From NCBI GenBank assembly GCA_046290465.1, contig JBKAGP010000001.1, positions 6,080,001 through 6,144,000 of the forward strand: a stretch of 64,000 bases of DNA. The letters are read 5' to 3'. Under the pieces are notes generated by a model. That model worked only from the letters and a program-made list of their open reading frames with translations, had not been told where the DNA came from and searched no databases. Shown here in pieces: positions 49,525 to 60,051 of the stretch. The DNA comes from Planctomycetota bacterium (GTDB lineage Bacteria > Planctomycetota > UBA1135 > UBA2386). A program made the translations under genes and the position numbers. How positions within the stretch are numbered: position 1 is the stretch's first letter; every line of letters begins with the position of its first letter.

Positions 49525-49936
49525 CGGGCAAAGCCCATCCGCACGCGTACACGTCGCTTCCGTGATCCCGGTTGGCAGCGCGTCCACTGCATGGACGCGC
49601 TCCTAGCGGGCAAAGCCCGTCCGCACGCGTACACGCCGCTTCCGTGATCCCGGTTGGCAGCGCGTCCACTGCATGGACGCGCTCCTAGCGGGCAAAGCCC
49701 ATCCGCACGCGTACACGCCGCTTCCGTGATCCCGTTTGGCAGCGCGTCCACTGCATGGACGCGCTCCTAGCGGGCAAAGCCCATCCGCACGCGTACACGC
49801 CGCTTCCGTGATCCCGTTTGGCAGCGCGTCCACTGCATGGACGCGCTCCTGGCGGGCAAAGCCCATCCGCACGCGTACACGCCGCTTCCGTGATCCCGTT
49901 TGGCAGCGCGTCCACTGCATGGACGCGCTCCTGGCG
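49521..49936. repeat. Tandem array of five 82-bp hairpin-containing units (REP/BIME-like)
   Basis: Units start at 49521, 49603, 49685, 49767 and 49849; each has GGGC-AAA-GCCC and AGCGCGTCCA-CTGCA-TGGACGCGCT inverted repeats. Confidence 0.97.
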
Positions 49937-49941
49937 TCCGG

Positions 49942-51306
<1,365 letters not shown>

Positions 51307-51308
51307 CG

Positions 51309-52451
51309 CTACTCGCCGGGCTCCACCGGCAGGTCGTGGCCGAGCTGCTTGCCGACGATCAGCAGCACCTCGGTCTGCTGCTCGAGGCTCTCGATGGCGC
51401 GCAGCATCGCCTTGCGCCCCGGGCCGCCGTCGGGGCCGAGGAACGCCTGGTCGAACGGCTTGGGGATCGCCCGCAGCGCCTTCTCGGTGCGTCGCAGCGC
51501 CGCCTCGAGCGCGTCGGCGACGTCTGGCTGGTCGCGGACCAGCTCGATCAACCCCGGGCCCTTGCTGCCGCCGACCTCGCTGCCGAGCACGACCGCCATC
51601 AGCCCGAGCTGGTTGGAGACGAAGTCCTGCCAGGTGTTGTCGCTGAAGCAGCTGTGTTCCTGCTCCTGGTCCTGGGTCTCGTAGGCGACGACCATGCGTT
51701 CGCCACCGAGCTCGAACGCCGTCAGCACGGTGACGCCGACGAGGATGCGACGCACCGACGCCTCGACCTCCTTCTCGAAGCGCACGCGGTACTTTGCGCC
51801 CGGCGCCCACTCGCGCTGCAGCTCCGAGAGATGCTGCACCAGCAGCGCGCTGACGGCGCGCAGGTACTGGCCGCGGCGCGCGGCATTCGCGGCCTTGCCG
51901 ACCACGTAGTCGGTGAACGGGCGCGCGCCGGGGCCGTCGGCCGACAGGTCCTGGCCCCACAACAGGAACTCGATCGCGTGCCAGCCGACGCAGATGTTGG
52001 CCTCGCCGCCGCGTTCGTTGGCGAGCACCAGCAGCGGGGCGGCCAGCGTCGGGAAGCGCTCCTTGTCGTTGACGATGCCGCAGTCGCGCCGGCCCTCGAC
52101 GTAGTCGACGTAGGCCTCGTCGATCGGCCACGCGTTGAGCAGCGGCTCACGCGTCTCGATCGGACCGTCGTGGAAGCGCAGCGCCTCGGTCATGCCGTAG
52201 AGCTCACGCGCGTGCAGCCACGCCTTCCTGGCGGCCGCGAGGTTCGCCGCACTCGGCTGCTCGGTCAGCTCGACGATGCGTTCGTGCATCGCGGCGGCGC
52301 GTTGCCGCACCTGGCCGTACAGCTGGTGGCTCCACGCCGCGTGGTGGCGCACGACCTCGCGCTTTTGCTGGGCGAGGTCCTGGGCGCTGAGCAGGGCCGG
52401 AAAACCGAACAAGCCGAGCGCGAGGGCCCGGCCGGGATGGCTGGCGAACAT
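51309..52451 (-). CDS. Imelysin (IrpA/IcmP-like, peptidase M75) iron-binding protein
   Basis: LNAWPIDE, GWHAIEFLLWGQD (HxxE), EHSCFSDNT, PKPFDQ. Confidence 0.92.
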   Translation of the reverse strand: MFASHPGRALALGLFGFPALLSAQDLAQQKREVVRHHAAWSHQLYGQVRQRAAAMHERIVELTEQPSAANLAAARKAWLHARELYGMTEALRFHDGPIETREPLLNAWPIDEAYVDYVEGRRDCGIVNDKERFPTLAAPLLVLANERGGEANICVGWHAIEFLLWGQDLSADGPGARPFTDYVVGKAANAARRGQYLRAVSALLVQHLSELQREWAPGAKYRVRFEKEVEASVRRILVGVTVLTAFELGGERMVVAYETQDQEQEHSCFSDNTWQDFVSNQLGLMAVVLGSEVGGSKGPGLIELVRDQPDVADALEAALRRTEKALRAIPKPFDQAFLGPDGGPGRKAMLRAIESLEQQTEVLLIVGKQLGHDLPVEPGE

Positions 52452-52596
52452 GATGGGATCGGTATGTCGGATCGGGCGGGGCGCGTCCAGCGGGACGGCG
52501 CATGGCCAAAGCCCATCCGGGTGTGTGCGGGTGGTCGGCGGGCGGGGGCGGGCCCCGCCGGCCGGGGCTCCGGGGCGAACCCCGGAGCGGTCGGGA

Positions 52597-54390
52597 TCAG
52601 AACTGCAGTTCGACGCCGTCCGTCAGGATCAGCGCGCCGGTCGCGTCGACGCCGATGCCCTGGACCATGACGCTCAGGCCCGACAGGCCCGGCGGCACGA
52701 TCACGGCCACGGCACCGCCGCCGAACGGCAGCGCGTACGGGAAGCCACCCGTGAAGCCGCCGATGAGCGGGAAGCTCGGGGCGAACGGGTTCAGCCACAG
52801 CGGCGGCAGGAAGGTCGACTGGCCGGCGGCCGTGTCGAACAGCTGGAACATCGCGGCGAACGGCTGGCCGTAGAGCGAGCCGTTCGGCGAGTCGACGCGG
52901 ACCGAGACGCTCTGGAACGCCTGCGGGTTGCGCACGAACTCACCCGGGCCCTTGCTCGGCACGGCGTCGACGCCGGTCTTGAGGGTCAGGTCCAGGTCGG
53001 CGCCCGGGTACGGACGCGTCTCGAACGCCCACAGCGCATCGTTGCCCGAGGCCGGGTGCTGGATGTTGCAGATCGCGCGGTACGGGTTGTTCGGGTCGAA
53101 GATCAGGCCGGTCGGCTCCGAGCCGGTGGTGGCCAGCGACGCGAAGATCGCGAGGTGCTCGGCGACGCCGTCGCCGTCGGCGTCGACGGCCTTCCAGATG
53201 TCACCGGGGGTCTCGTCCTCGAGGATGTAGATCGCGCCGTCGGGGCCGATCGTCAGGTTGTCCGGATCGTCGAAGTTGGTCTCCGTGTCCGGGCCGGGGC
53301 TGGTGAAGGGGTCCTGCTGCGTCGGGTTGACGTCGGTGCCCGTCGCCAGGTTGATCGTGTCGTAGTTGCAGAAGTCGCGGACCATGCAGGTCGTGCTGCT
53401 GATCAGCTCGATCGACAGCACGCGGTTCTCGCTGGTCAGGGCGACGTAGACGCACTCGTTGCCGTTGGCGAGGAAGCCGATGTCGAGGTCCTCCGGGCGG
53501 CCGAACGGCGTGCCGAAGACTTCGTCGGCGGCGAGCTGGCCGGCCGTGACCGTCACGTAGGTGAACGGGTTGGTCGGGGTCAGCGGCTGGTTGTTGACGT
53601 CGGTCAGCGGGACCCACGTGGCCATGCCTTCGCGGGTGGTCAGCTGGTTGGCCGCCGAGTTGAAGTTCTCGGCCGGGTTGGCGTTCGGGTCGTTGGCGTA
53701 GCCGTCGACGCTGAGCACGAACGACTGGCCCGAGCTGAGGTCGCCGTAGGTCGTCGGCACGAACTTGTAGATGCTGCCCGTGTTGCTCTCGTCGATGTAG
53801 TAGAGCGTGCCTTCCGAGTCGATGCGCATGCCTTCGTGGCGGACCGACGGGATCGAGTCGTGCCAGATGACGTTGAACGGCCCGGTCGGGTCGAGCGGGT
53901 TGGTGCACTCGAAGAAGCGACCACCGGTGGTCTCCTCACCGAAGATGATCGAGCCCCACGGGGTCCAGGTGCACGGGTCGTTGGCGACGGTCTCGTCGGT
54001 GGTGTGGTCGAACGTGTTCGGGTCCGACTGACGGTTGGCGGCACCGGCGGCGTTGCCGATGAAGATCTCGATCCAGTCACCGGTCAGCGTGTCGTAGCGG
54101 AAGATGCCGCCGCCCGCGCCGAAGTTCTCGCACGGCACGAAGATGAAGCGGCTGTCGGGGCTGAACGCGACCATGTCCCAGTTGTTGGCGGTGGCCGGCA
54201 GGCCTTGCGCCATCAGGGTGTTGCGGTCGGTGATCTTGGTCTGGGTGACGCCGGTCGGCACCAGGAACGGAGCCGTGTTCTCGTTCGACGACGTGATCGG
54301 CGCCGAGTCGGGGATCGGGTAGAAGGTGCCTTGGGCGGCCAGCGAACCGGCGGCGACGAGCACGGAGGTAGTGAGGATGATGTTGCGCAT
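52597..54390 (-). CDS. PhoX-family (DUF839) alkaline phosphatase-like secreted protein with the shared C-terminal domain
   Basis: TPWGSIIFGEE, HEG, RPED, DPDNL, SEPTG, NIQHP; Sec-type signal ...SLAA|Q. Confidence 0.85.
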   Translation of the reverse strand: MRNIILTTSVLVAAGSLAAQGTFYPIPDSAPITSSNENTAPFLVPTGVTQTKITDRNTLMAQGLPATANNWDMVAFSPDSRFIFVPCENFGAGGGIFRYDTLTGDWIEIFIGNAAGAANRQSDPNTFDHTTDETVANDPCTWTPWGSIIFGEETTGGRFFECTNPLDPTGPFNVIWHDSIPSVRHEGMRIDSEGTLYYIDESNTGSIYKFVPTTYGDLSSGQSFVLSVDGYANDPNANPAENFNSAANQLTTREGMATWVPLTDVNNQPLTPTNPFTYVTVTAGQLAADEVFGTPFGRPEDLDIGFLANGNECVYVALTSENRVLSIELISSTTCMVRDFCNYDTINLATGTDVNPTQQDPFTSPGPDTETNFDDPDNLTIGPDGAIYILEDETPGDIWKAVDADGDGVAEHLAIFASLATTGSEPTGLIFDPNNPYRAICNIQHPASGNDALWAFETRPYPGADLDLTLKTGVDAVPSKGPGEFVRNPQAFQSVSVRVDSPNGSLYGQPFAAMFQLFDTAAGQSTFLPPLWLNPFAPSFPLIGGFTGGFPYALPFGGGAVAVIVPPGLSGLSVMVQGIGVDATGALILTDGVELQF

Positions 54391-54577
54391 TGGGTATCGG
54401 GTGGGCCGCGACCAACGCGGCCCGTTCGAGAGCACCCGACCCTAGGCAGCGGTGACAAAGTCACCGGTCCATCACGTTAAGAGTGGTGGCATGCGCGTTC
54501 CTTCACATGCGCTTGTCGCGGTGCATTGCCTCGCTGCCAATACGGCAATGCCTCGCAATGCACGTTCGTGCGCGCCG

Positions 54578-54976
54578 CTACTGGATCTTGATCTCGACGG
54601 CGTTGCTGAGGCCGAAGTAGAAGTCGAGCTGGCACAGCCCGGCGCCGAACAGCACGCCCTGGGCGTAGAACGTGAAGTCGACCAGCATCGGATCGTTCGG
54701 GATCGAGACCTGGTAGGTGACCAGCGTGATCAGGTCGAGGTCGGGCACCAGCACGCTCGAGCAGTTGGCGCCGATCGAGGTCATCGGCACGTCGGCGCGC
54801 GTGAGCCCGAGCACGACCGCGGGCAGCGGCGCGATCAGCGGGCTGATCTGCAGGGTGCTGCCGATCGTCGGCGTTCCGGAGATGAACAGCGGCGAGGTGC
54901 CGCCGCCAAGGGGCGTGATCTGGGCCGAAGCGGCGGTGGTCAACAGCAGGGCGCAGGCGAGGGTGGTCGTCTTCAT
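54578..54976 (-). CDS. Small secreted protein made of the shared C-terminal domain alone
   Basis: Signal peptide ...AASA|Q; SIPNDPMLVDFTFYAQG...LSNAV tail. Confidence 0.75.
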   Translation of the reverse strand: MKTTTLACALLLTTAASAQITPLGGGTSPLFISGTPTIGSTLQISPLIAPLPAVVLGLTRADVPMTSIGANCSSVLVPDLDLITLVTYQVSIPNDPMLVDFTFYAQGVLFGAGLCQLDFYFGLSNAVEIKIQ

Positions 54977-55101
54977 GGCGTCGGTCGCGTAGCGGTCGGT
55001 TGGGCCCGTGACGATGGGTCGCGGGCAGGATCAGAGCCGACAGCCTGGCGGCCGATCGCGTAGCCGGAGCCAATGCTCCGCGAGCAATCGATGAGGATCC
55101 G

Positions 55102-58100
55102 CTACATCCGCGTGAACGACAGGTTCTCCGGTCCGACCAGCAGCGCCAGCTCGTCGAGCAGCTGGTCGGTGATGCGCACGCCGTTGTCCGAGCGCACGCG
55201 GAACCAGTCGCCGTCGTCCTCGATGTCCATGTGGAAGTGCGCGTCGCCCTTGTGGCGCTCGACGACCTCGTAGATCCGTTCGATCGACTGCTCGGTCGCC
55301 AGCGCACCGTCGAGGTTGAGCACGATGCCGGCGACCTCGCGCCGCACCACCTCCTCGGCGGCGTTCAGCTCGTCCAGCAGCAGCGCCGGCTCGTCGCTGC
55401 CCTTGTCGCGGCGCGCCTTCACGAACACGATCGCGTCCTCGACGATGTGGTCCTTGACGGTCTCGAACGTGCGCGCGAAGCACGTCACCGGCACCTGGCC
55501 GTCGAGGTCCTCGAGCAGGAACTTGGCCATCTTCTTGCCGGCGTTCTTGCCCTGCTTGATCTGCAGGATGCGCGCGCCGCTGATCATGCCGGCGATGCGG
55601 ATCTGGTCACCCTGCTGCATCGTCTCGACCGCGCCGATGGTGCTGCCGGCGATGCGCGCCAGGAACCGACCCCGCTTCTCGAACGGGTGCCCCGACAGGT
55701 AGAAGCCGAGCGACTCCTTCTCGCGCGCCAGGCGGTCGTGCTCGGGCCACTCCGGCACGCCGTCGTCGACCGCCTCGGCGACCGCCACCGGCTCGGCCGC
55801 GAACAGCATCTTCTGGCCCTTGCGCTTGTCCTCGCGCGCGTTGGCCGCGGCGCGCAGCGCCGACTCGATCTGCTTGCTGTTGCCGGCGCGGGTGCGCCCC
55901 ATGTCGTCGAACGCGCCGGACGTCACCAGGGACTCGAGCGCGGTCTTGTTGATCAGCGTGCCGTCGAGCCGCTCACACAGGTCGTCCATGTTCACGTACG
56001 GCCCGTTCTGGGCGCGTTCCTCGGCGATCGCGTCGGCGCAGCGCGAACCGACGCCCTTGATCGCGCCGAGGCCGTAGCGGATGCAGCCGTCCTCGACGTT
56101 GAAGTAGCGCATCGAGTGGTTGACCGACGGCGGCAGGATCGTCATGCCCGAGCGGCGGATGTCGTCGACGAACTCCTTGATCTTCTCGCTGTTGTTCGAC
56201 TCCGTCGTCAGGTTCGCCGCGGTGAACTCGGTCGGGTAGTGGGCCTTGAGCCAGGCGGTCTGGTAGGTGACCAGCGCGTACGCCGTCGAGTGCGACTTGT
56301 TGAAGCCGTAGCCCGCGAAGTACTCCATCGTCTCGAAGAGCTCCTTGGCGAACTTGCCGTCGTAGCCCTTCGCCTCGGCCCCCTCGATGAACTGGTCCTT
56401 GAACTTGAGCATGACCTCGGGCTTCTTCTTGCCCATGGCCTTGCGCAGGTTGTCCGCCTCGGACATCGAGAAGCCCCCGATGCTGCCCGAGATCTGCATG
56501 ACCTGTTCCTGGTAGACGATGACGCCGTAGGTCGGCTCGAGGATCGTCGAGGTGTCCTCGTGCGGGTCGACGGTCTTCTCCTCGCCGTGCTTTCTGCGCA
56601 CGAACATGTCGACCATGCCCGAGCCGAGCGGGCCCGGGCGGTAGAGCGCCAGCACCGCGATCACGTCCTCGAAGTTGTCCGGCTTGAGCCGCGTCAGCAG
56701 TTCGCGCATGCCGGACGATTCCAGCTGGAACACGCCCTGCGTGTCGCCGCGCGCCATCAGCTCGTAGGTCGGCTTGTCGTCGAGCGGCAGGTGGTTGAGG
56801 TCGAGGTCGACGCCGTGCACCTCCTTCACCAGCCGCGCACCCTCGGCCAGGATCGTCAGCGTCTTGAGGCCGAGGAAGTCCATCTTGAGGAGGCCGACCT
56901 CCTCGAGCTCCGTCATCTGCCACTGGGTGATGACGTCGTCGCCGTTCTTGGCCAGCGGCACGTATTCGAGCACCGGCTTGTCGGCGATGACGACGCCGGC
57001 GGCGTGGATCGAGTTGTGGCGGGCCGAGCCCTCGAGCTTGAGCGCCAGCTCGAACAGGCGCTTGTGTTGCGGCGAGCTGTCGCGGATCTCCTGCAGTTCG
57101 GTGTCGGTCTCGAGCGCGGCCTTCAGCGACGCGCCGGGGCCCTGCGGCACCTTCTTGCACAGCGCGTTGATGTCCGAGACCGGGAAGTCGAGCACGCGGC
57201 CGACGTCCTTCAGCACGCCGCGCGACGCCATCGTACCGAACGTGATGATCTGGCAGACGCAGTCGTAGCCGTACTTCTCACGCACGTACTGGATGACCTC
57301 CTCGCGCCGGTTGCCGCAGAAGTCGATGTCGATATCCGGCATCGACACGCGGCCCGGGTTGAGGAAGCGCTCGAACAGCAGGTTGTACTCGAGCGGGCAG
57401 ACGTCGGTGATGCCGAGGCAGTACGCGACGATCGAGCCGGCCGCCGAACCGCGCCCCGGGCCGACCGGGATGCCCATGTCCTTGGCGACCTTGATGAAGT
57501 CCCAGGTGATCAGGAAGTAGCTGACGAAGCCGAGCTTCTTGATGATCCCGACCTCGTAGTCGAGCCGTTCCTGCACCTGCTCGGTGATCTCGCCGTAGCG
57601 CTCGATCGCACCTTCGCGGCAGAGCTTGGCGAAGTAGTCGTCCGGGGTGCTCTTGTCCTCGGGTTCGTAGACCGGCACGTGGTAGACGCCGAACTCGATG
57701 TCGACGTCGCAGCGGTCGGCGATCTTGACGGTGTTCTCGAGCGCCTCCGGCCAGCTCGCGAACGCCTTGTGCATCTCGGCGCGCGACTTCAGGTAGAGCT
57801 CGCGCGAACCCATGCGGAAGCGCTCCTGGTCGGCGACCGACTTTCCCGACCGGATGCACAGCATGATGTCCTGCGCCAGCCAGTCTTCCTGCTTGAGGTA
57901 GTGCACGTCGTTGGTCGCGACGCACGGGATGCCGAGTTCTGCGCCGAGCTTCTTCAGCCCGACGGTGACCTTGCGCTGCGCCTCGTAGCCGGTGATCGCG
58001 ACCTCGAGGAAGAAGTTCTCCTCGCCGAAGAGGTCGCGCAGCGACAGCGCCGCCTGCTTGGCGGCCTCGTAGTCGTTCTGCTGGATCGCCATCGCGACCT

Positions 58101-58530
58101 GCGACGAGACCGTGCCGGACAGGCAGATGATGCCCTCCTTGTGCGCCTCGATCATCTCGCGGTCGACGCGCGGCCGGTAGCTGAAGCCCTCGAGCCACGC
58201 CTTGCCGCTGAGCTTCTTGAGGTTCTCGAAGCCGACGTTGTTCTCGGCCAGCAGCGTCAGGTCGAACGTCGGGTTGTCGGCGCCGGCGGTCTCCTTGGCG
58301 GTGCGGCCGGCGTAGTAGGTCGTCTGGCCGAGGATCGGCTTGATCTCCGCCTTCTTGCACGCCTTGAACAGGTCCACCGACCCGAACATGTTGCCGTTGT
58401 CGGTCAGCGCGATGGCCGGCTGGCCATCCTCCTTGGCGGCCGCGACCAGCGGCCCGACCTGGGCCGGAGCGGTCAGCAGGCTGTAGTGCGAACGCACGTG
58501 CAGGTGGACGAACGGCGGCGCTTCGGTCAT
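55102..58530 (-). CDS. dnaE: DNA polymerase III alpha subunit
   Basis: GPGRGSAAGS, ERFLNP.R.SMPDIDIDF, HAAGVVI, KMDFLGL, YGFNKSHS; no intein. Confidence 0.98.
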   Translation of the reverse strand: MTEAPPFVHLHVRSHYSLLTAPAQVGPLVAAAKEDGQPAIALTDNGNMFGSVDLFKACKKAEIKPILGQTTYYAGRTAKETAGADNPTFDLTLLAENNVGFENLKKLSGKAWLEGFSYRPRVDREMIEAHKEGIICLSGTVSSQVAMAIQQNDYEAAKQAALSLRDLFGEENFFLEVAITGYEAQRKVTVGLKKLGAELGIPCVATNDVHYLKQEDWLAQDIMLCIRSGKSVADQERFRMGSRELYLKSRAEMHKAFASWPEALENTVKIADRCDVDIEFGVYHVPVYEPEDKSTPDDYFAKLCREGAIERYGEITEQVQERLDYEVGIIKKLGFVSYFLITWDFIKVAKDMGIPVGPGRGSAAGSIVAYCLGITDVCPLEYNLLFERFLNPGRVSMPDIDIDFCGNRREEVIQYVREKYGYDCVCQIITFGTMASRGVLKDVGRVLDFPVSDINALCKKVPQGPGASLKAALETDTELQEIRDSSPQHKRLFELALKLEGSARHNSIHAAGVVIADKPVLEYVPLAKNGDDVITQWQMTELEEVGLLKMDFLGLKTLTILAEGARLVKEVHGVDLDLNHLPLDDKPTYELMARGDTQGVFQLESSGMRELLTRLKPDNFEDVIAVLALYRPGPLGSGMVDMFVRRKHGEEKTVDPHEDTSTILEPTYGVIVYQEQVMQISGSIGGFSMSEADNLRKAMGKKKPEVMLKFKDQFIEGAEAKGYDGKFAKELFETMEYFAGYGFNKSHSTAYALVTYQTAWLKAHYPTEFTAANLTTESNNSEKIKEFVDDIRRSGMTILPPSVNHSMRYFNVEDGCIRYGLGAIKGVGSRCADAIAEERAQNGPYVNMDDLCERLDGTLINKTALESLVTSGAFDDMGRTRAGNSKQIESALRAAANAREDKRKGQKMLFAAEPVAVAEAVDDGVPEWPEHDRLAREKESLGFYLSGHPFEKRGRFLARIAGSTIGAVETMQQGDQIRIAGMISGARILQIKQGKNAGKKMAKFLLEDLDGQVPVTCFARTFETVKDHIVEDAIVFVKARRDKGSDEPALLLDELNAAEEVVRREVAGIVLNLDGALATEQSIERIYEVVERHKGDAHFHMDIEDDGDWFRVRSDNGVRITDQLLDELALLVGPENLSFTRM

Positions 58531-58607
58531 CGCGCCGCAAGGTTACCGCTTCCGTCGTCCGGCTTCGAGCCACTGCGTGCGAGCCCGCGGGCGCGCGTTG
58601 GTTGCGT

Positions 58608-58768
58608 TGCGAAGCAACGCGCTCGAGAAAGCGCGCGGCTTCAGCCGCGCGCGATCCACGCGATGCGAAGCAACGCGCTCGAAGAAGCGCGCGGCCTTAG
58701 CCGCGCGCGATCCACGCGATGCGAAGCAACGCGCTCGAGAAAGCGCGCGGCTTCAGCCGCGCGCGATC
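58608..58768. repeat. Tandem array of about 2.9 x 56-bp palindrome-containing units (REP-like)
   Basis: Units at 58608, 58664 and 58720; core GCGCGCGGCT-TC-AGCCGCGCGC; the third copy overlaps the spt stop. Confidence 0.93.
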
Positions 58769-59973
58769 GAAGCGCTGTTCGGCGGCAGGTCGGCGATCAG
58801 GCCGATCTTGCGTCCCGCCTCGGCGAAGCGGTCTAGCACCTGGTCGATCTGCTCGTCGGTGTGGCTGGCGATGTACGACGTGCGGATCAGGTCGGCGCCG
58901 ACCGGCACTGCCGGTTGGGTCACGGCGTTGGTGAACAATCCACAGTCGAACAGCGTTCTCCACAGCCGCAGCATGCGGTCCTGGTCGCCGACGATGACCG
59001 GCACGATCGGGCTGGCCAGCGTGCCTTCCGTCTTGAAGCCCATCTCGGCCAGTCCCGTGCGCACGCGGTGCGCGATCTGCAGCACGCGCTTGCGCATGTC
59101 GGGCTGCTGCTCGATCAGGTCGAGCGACGCCAGCGCGGCGGCCGCCGACGACGGCGTGATCGACGCCGAGAAGATCAGCGAACGCGCCTGGTGGCGCATG
59201 TAGTGGATCACCTTGGCCGGACCGGCGACGAACCCGCCGAGGCTGGCGAAGCTCTTCGAGAACGTGCCCATCACCAGGTCGGGGTGGATGCCGCAGTGCT
59301 CGGCCGCGCCCCGGCCGGTCTCGCCGAGCACGCCGATCGCGTGCGCCTCGTCGACCATCAGGCGCGCGCCGTACTGGTCGGCAAGCGCGCGGATCTCGGC
59401 GAGCGGCGCGAGGTCGCCCATCATCGAGTAGAGACCGTCGACGACGATCATCATGCCGCGCTGCTGTTCGCTGGCGAGCTGCAGGTGGCGCTCGAGGTCC
59501 TCGACGTCGCTGTGGCGGAACTTGCGCACGTCGGCGAACGCCAGCCGGCAGCCGTCGATGATCGACGCGTGGTTCTCGCGGTCACAGAAGATCACGTCGC
59601 CCTTGCCGCAGATCGACGAGATCGCGCCGAGGTTGACCTGGAAGCCGGTCGAGTAGCACAGCGCAGCTTCCTGCCCCATGAACTTTGCCAGCCGTCGTTC
59701 CAACTCCTCGTGGAGCTCGAGCGTGCCGTTGAGGAACCGCGAGCCCGAGCACGACGTGCCGTAGCGGTCGATGGCTTCGCGTGCAGCAGCGCGCACCTTC
59801 GGGTGGTGGGTCAACCCGAGGTAGTTGTTGCTGCCGATCATGATCAGCTGCTTGCCGCCGATCTCGACCTCGGTGCCCTCACTCCCTTCCAGTGGAATGA
59901 AGTAGGGATACACACCGAGCGCCTTCAGCTCGTCGGGCCGGTCAAAGCCGTCGCACTTTTCGAAGATGTCCAA
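58753..59973 (-). CDS. spt: Alpha-oxoamine synthase, probable serine palmitoyltransferase
   Basis: YPYF N-terminus, GSNNYLGL, GSRFLNGT, NHASIIDG, VDEAH, GTFSKS (PLP Lys); TTG start. Confidence 0.75.
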   Translation of the reverse strand: MDIFEKCDGFDRPDELKALGVYPYFIPLEGSEGTEVEIGGKQLIMIGSNNYLGLTHHPKVRAAAREAIDRYGTSCSGSRFLNGTLELHEELERRLAKFMGQEAALCYSTGFQVNLGAISSICGKGDVIFCDRENHASIIDGCRLAFADVRKFRHSDVEDLERHLQLASEQQRGMMIVVDGLYSMMGDLAPLAEIRALADQYGARLMVDEAHAIGVLGETGRGAAEHCGIHPDLVMGTFSKSFASLGGFVAGPAKVIHYMRHQARSLIFSASITPSSAAAALASLDLIEQQPDMRKRVLQIAHRVRTGLAEMGFKTEGTLASPIVPVIVGDQDRMLRLWRTLFDCGLFTNAVTQPAVPVGADLIRTSYIASHTDEQIDQVLDRFAEAGRKIGLIADLPPNSASIARG

Positions 59974-60051
59974 GGTCCGTCAGGATGGTAGATTCCGGCG
60001 CCTGGACTGACAAAACCTTTGTCCGCGCCGGGTTCCAGAGGATTCGAGAGG

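Noticed and set aside
49521..49936. 82-bp array as a CRISPR array
   Set aside because: Units are near-identical along their whole length with no unique spacers, and there are no cas genes in the window.
54521..54563. GTGCATTGC...GCAATGCAC inverted repeat as a riboswitch or ncRNA
   Set aside because: No recognisable family features; more simply a terminator-like hairpin after the small secreted gene.
55102..58530. Intein in dnaE
   Set aside because: Length (1142 aa) and continuous motifs leave no room, and there are no splice-junction residues.
55231..58836. Very long antisense or alternate-frame ORFs (e.g. 55231-58836, 12981-15962, 18481-21066, 26902-29454)
   Set aside because: Typical shadow ORFs of high-GC coding DNA, opposite well-supported genes and with no motifs.
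58577..58963. ORFs or CRISPR in the 56-bp array
   Set aside because: No spacers, the period is not a multiple of 3, and the ORFs shadow spt.
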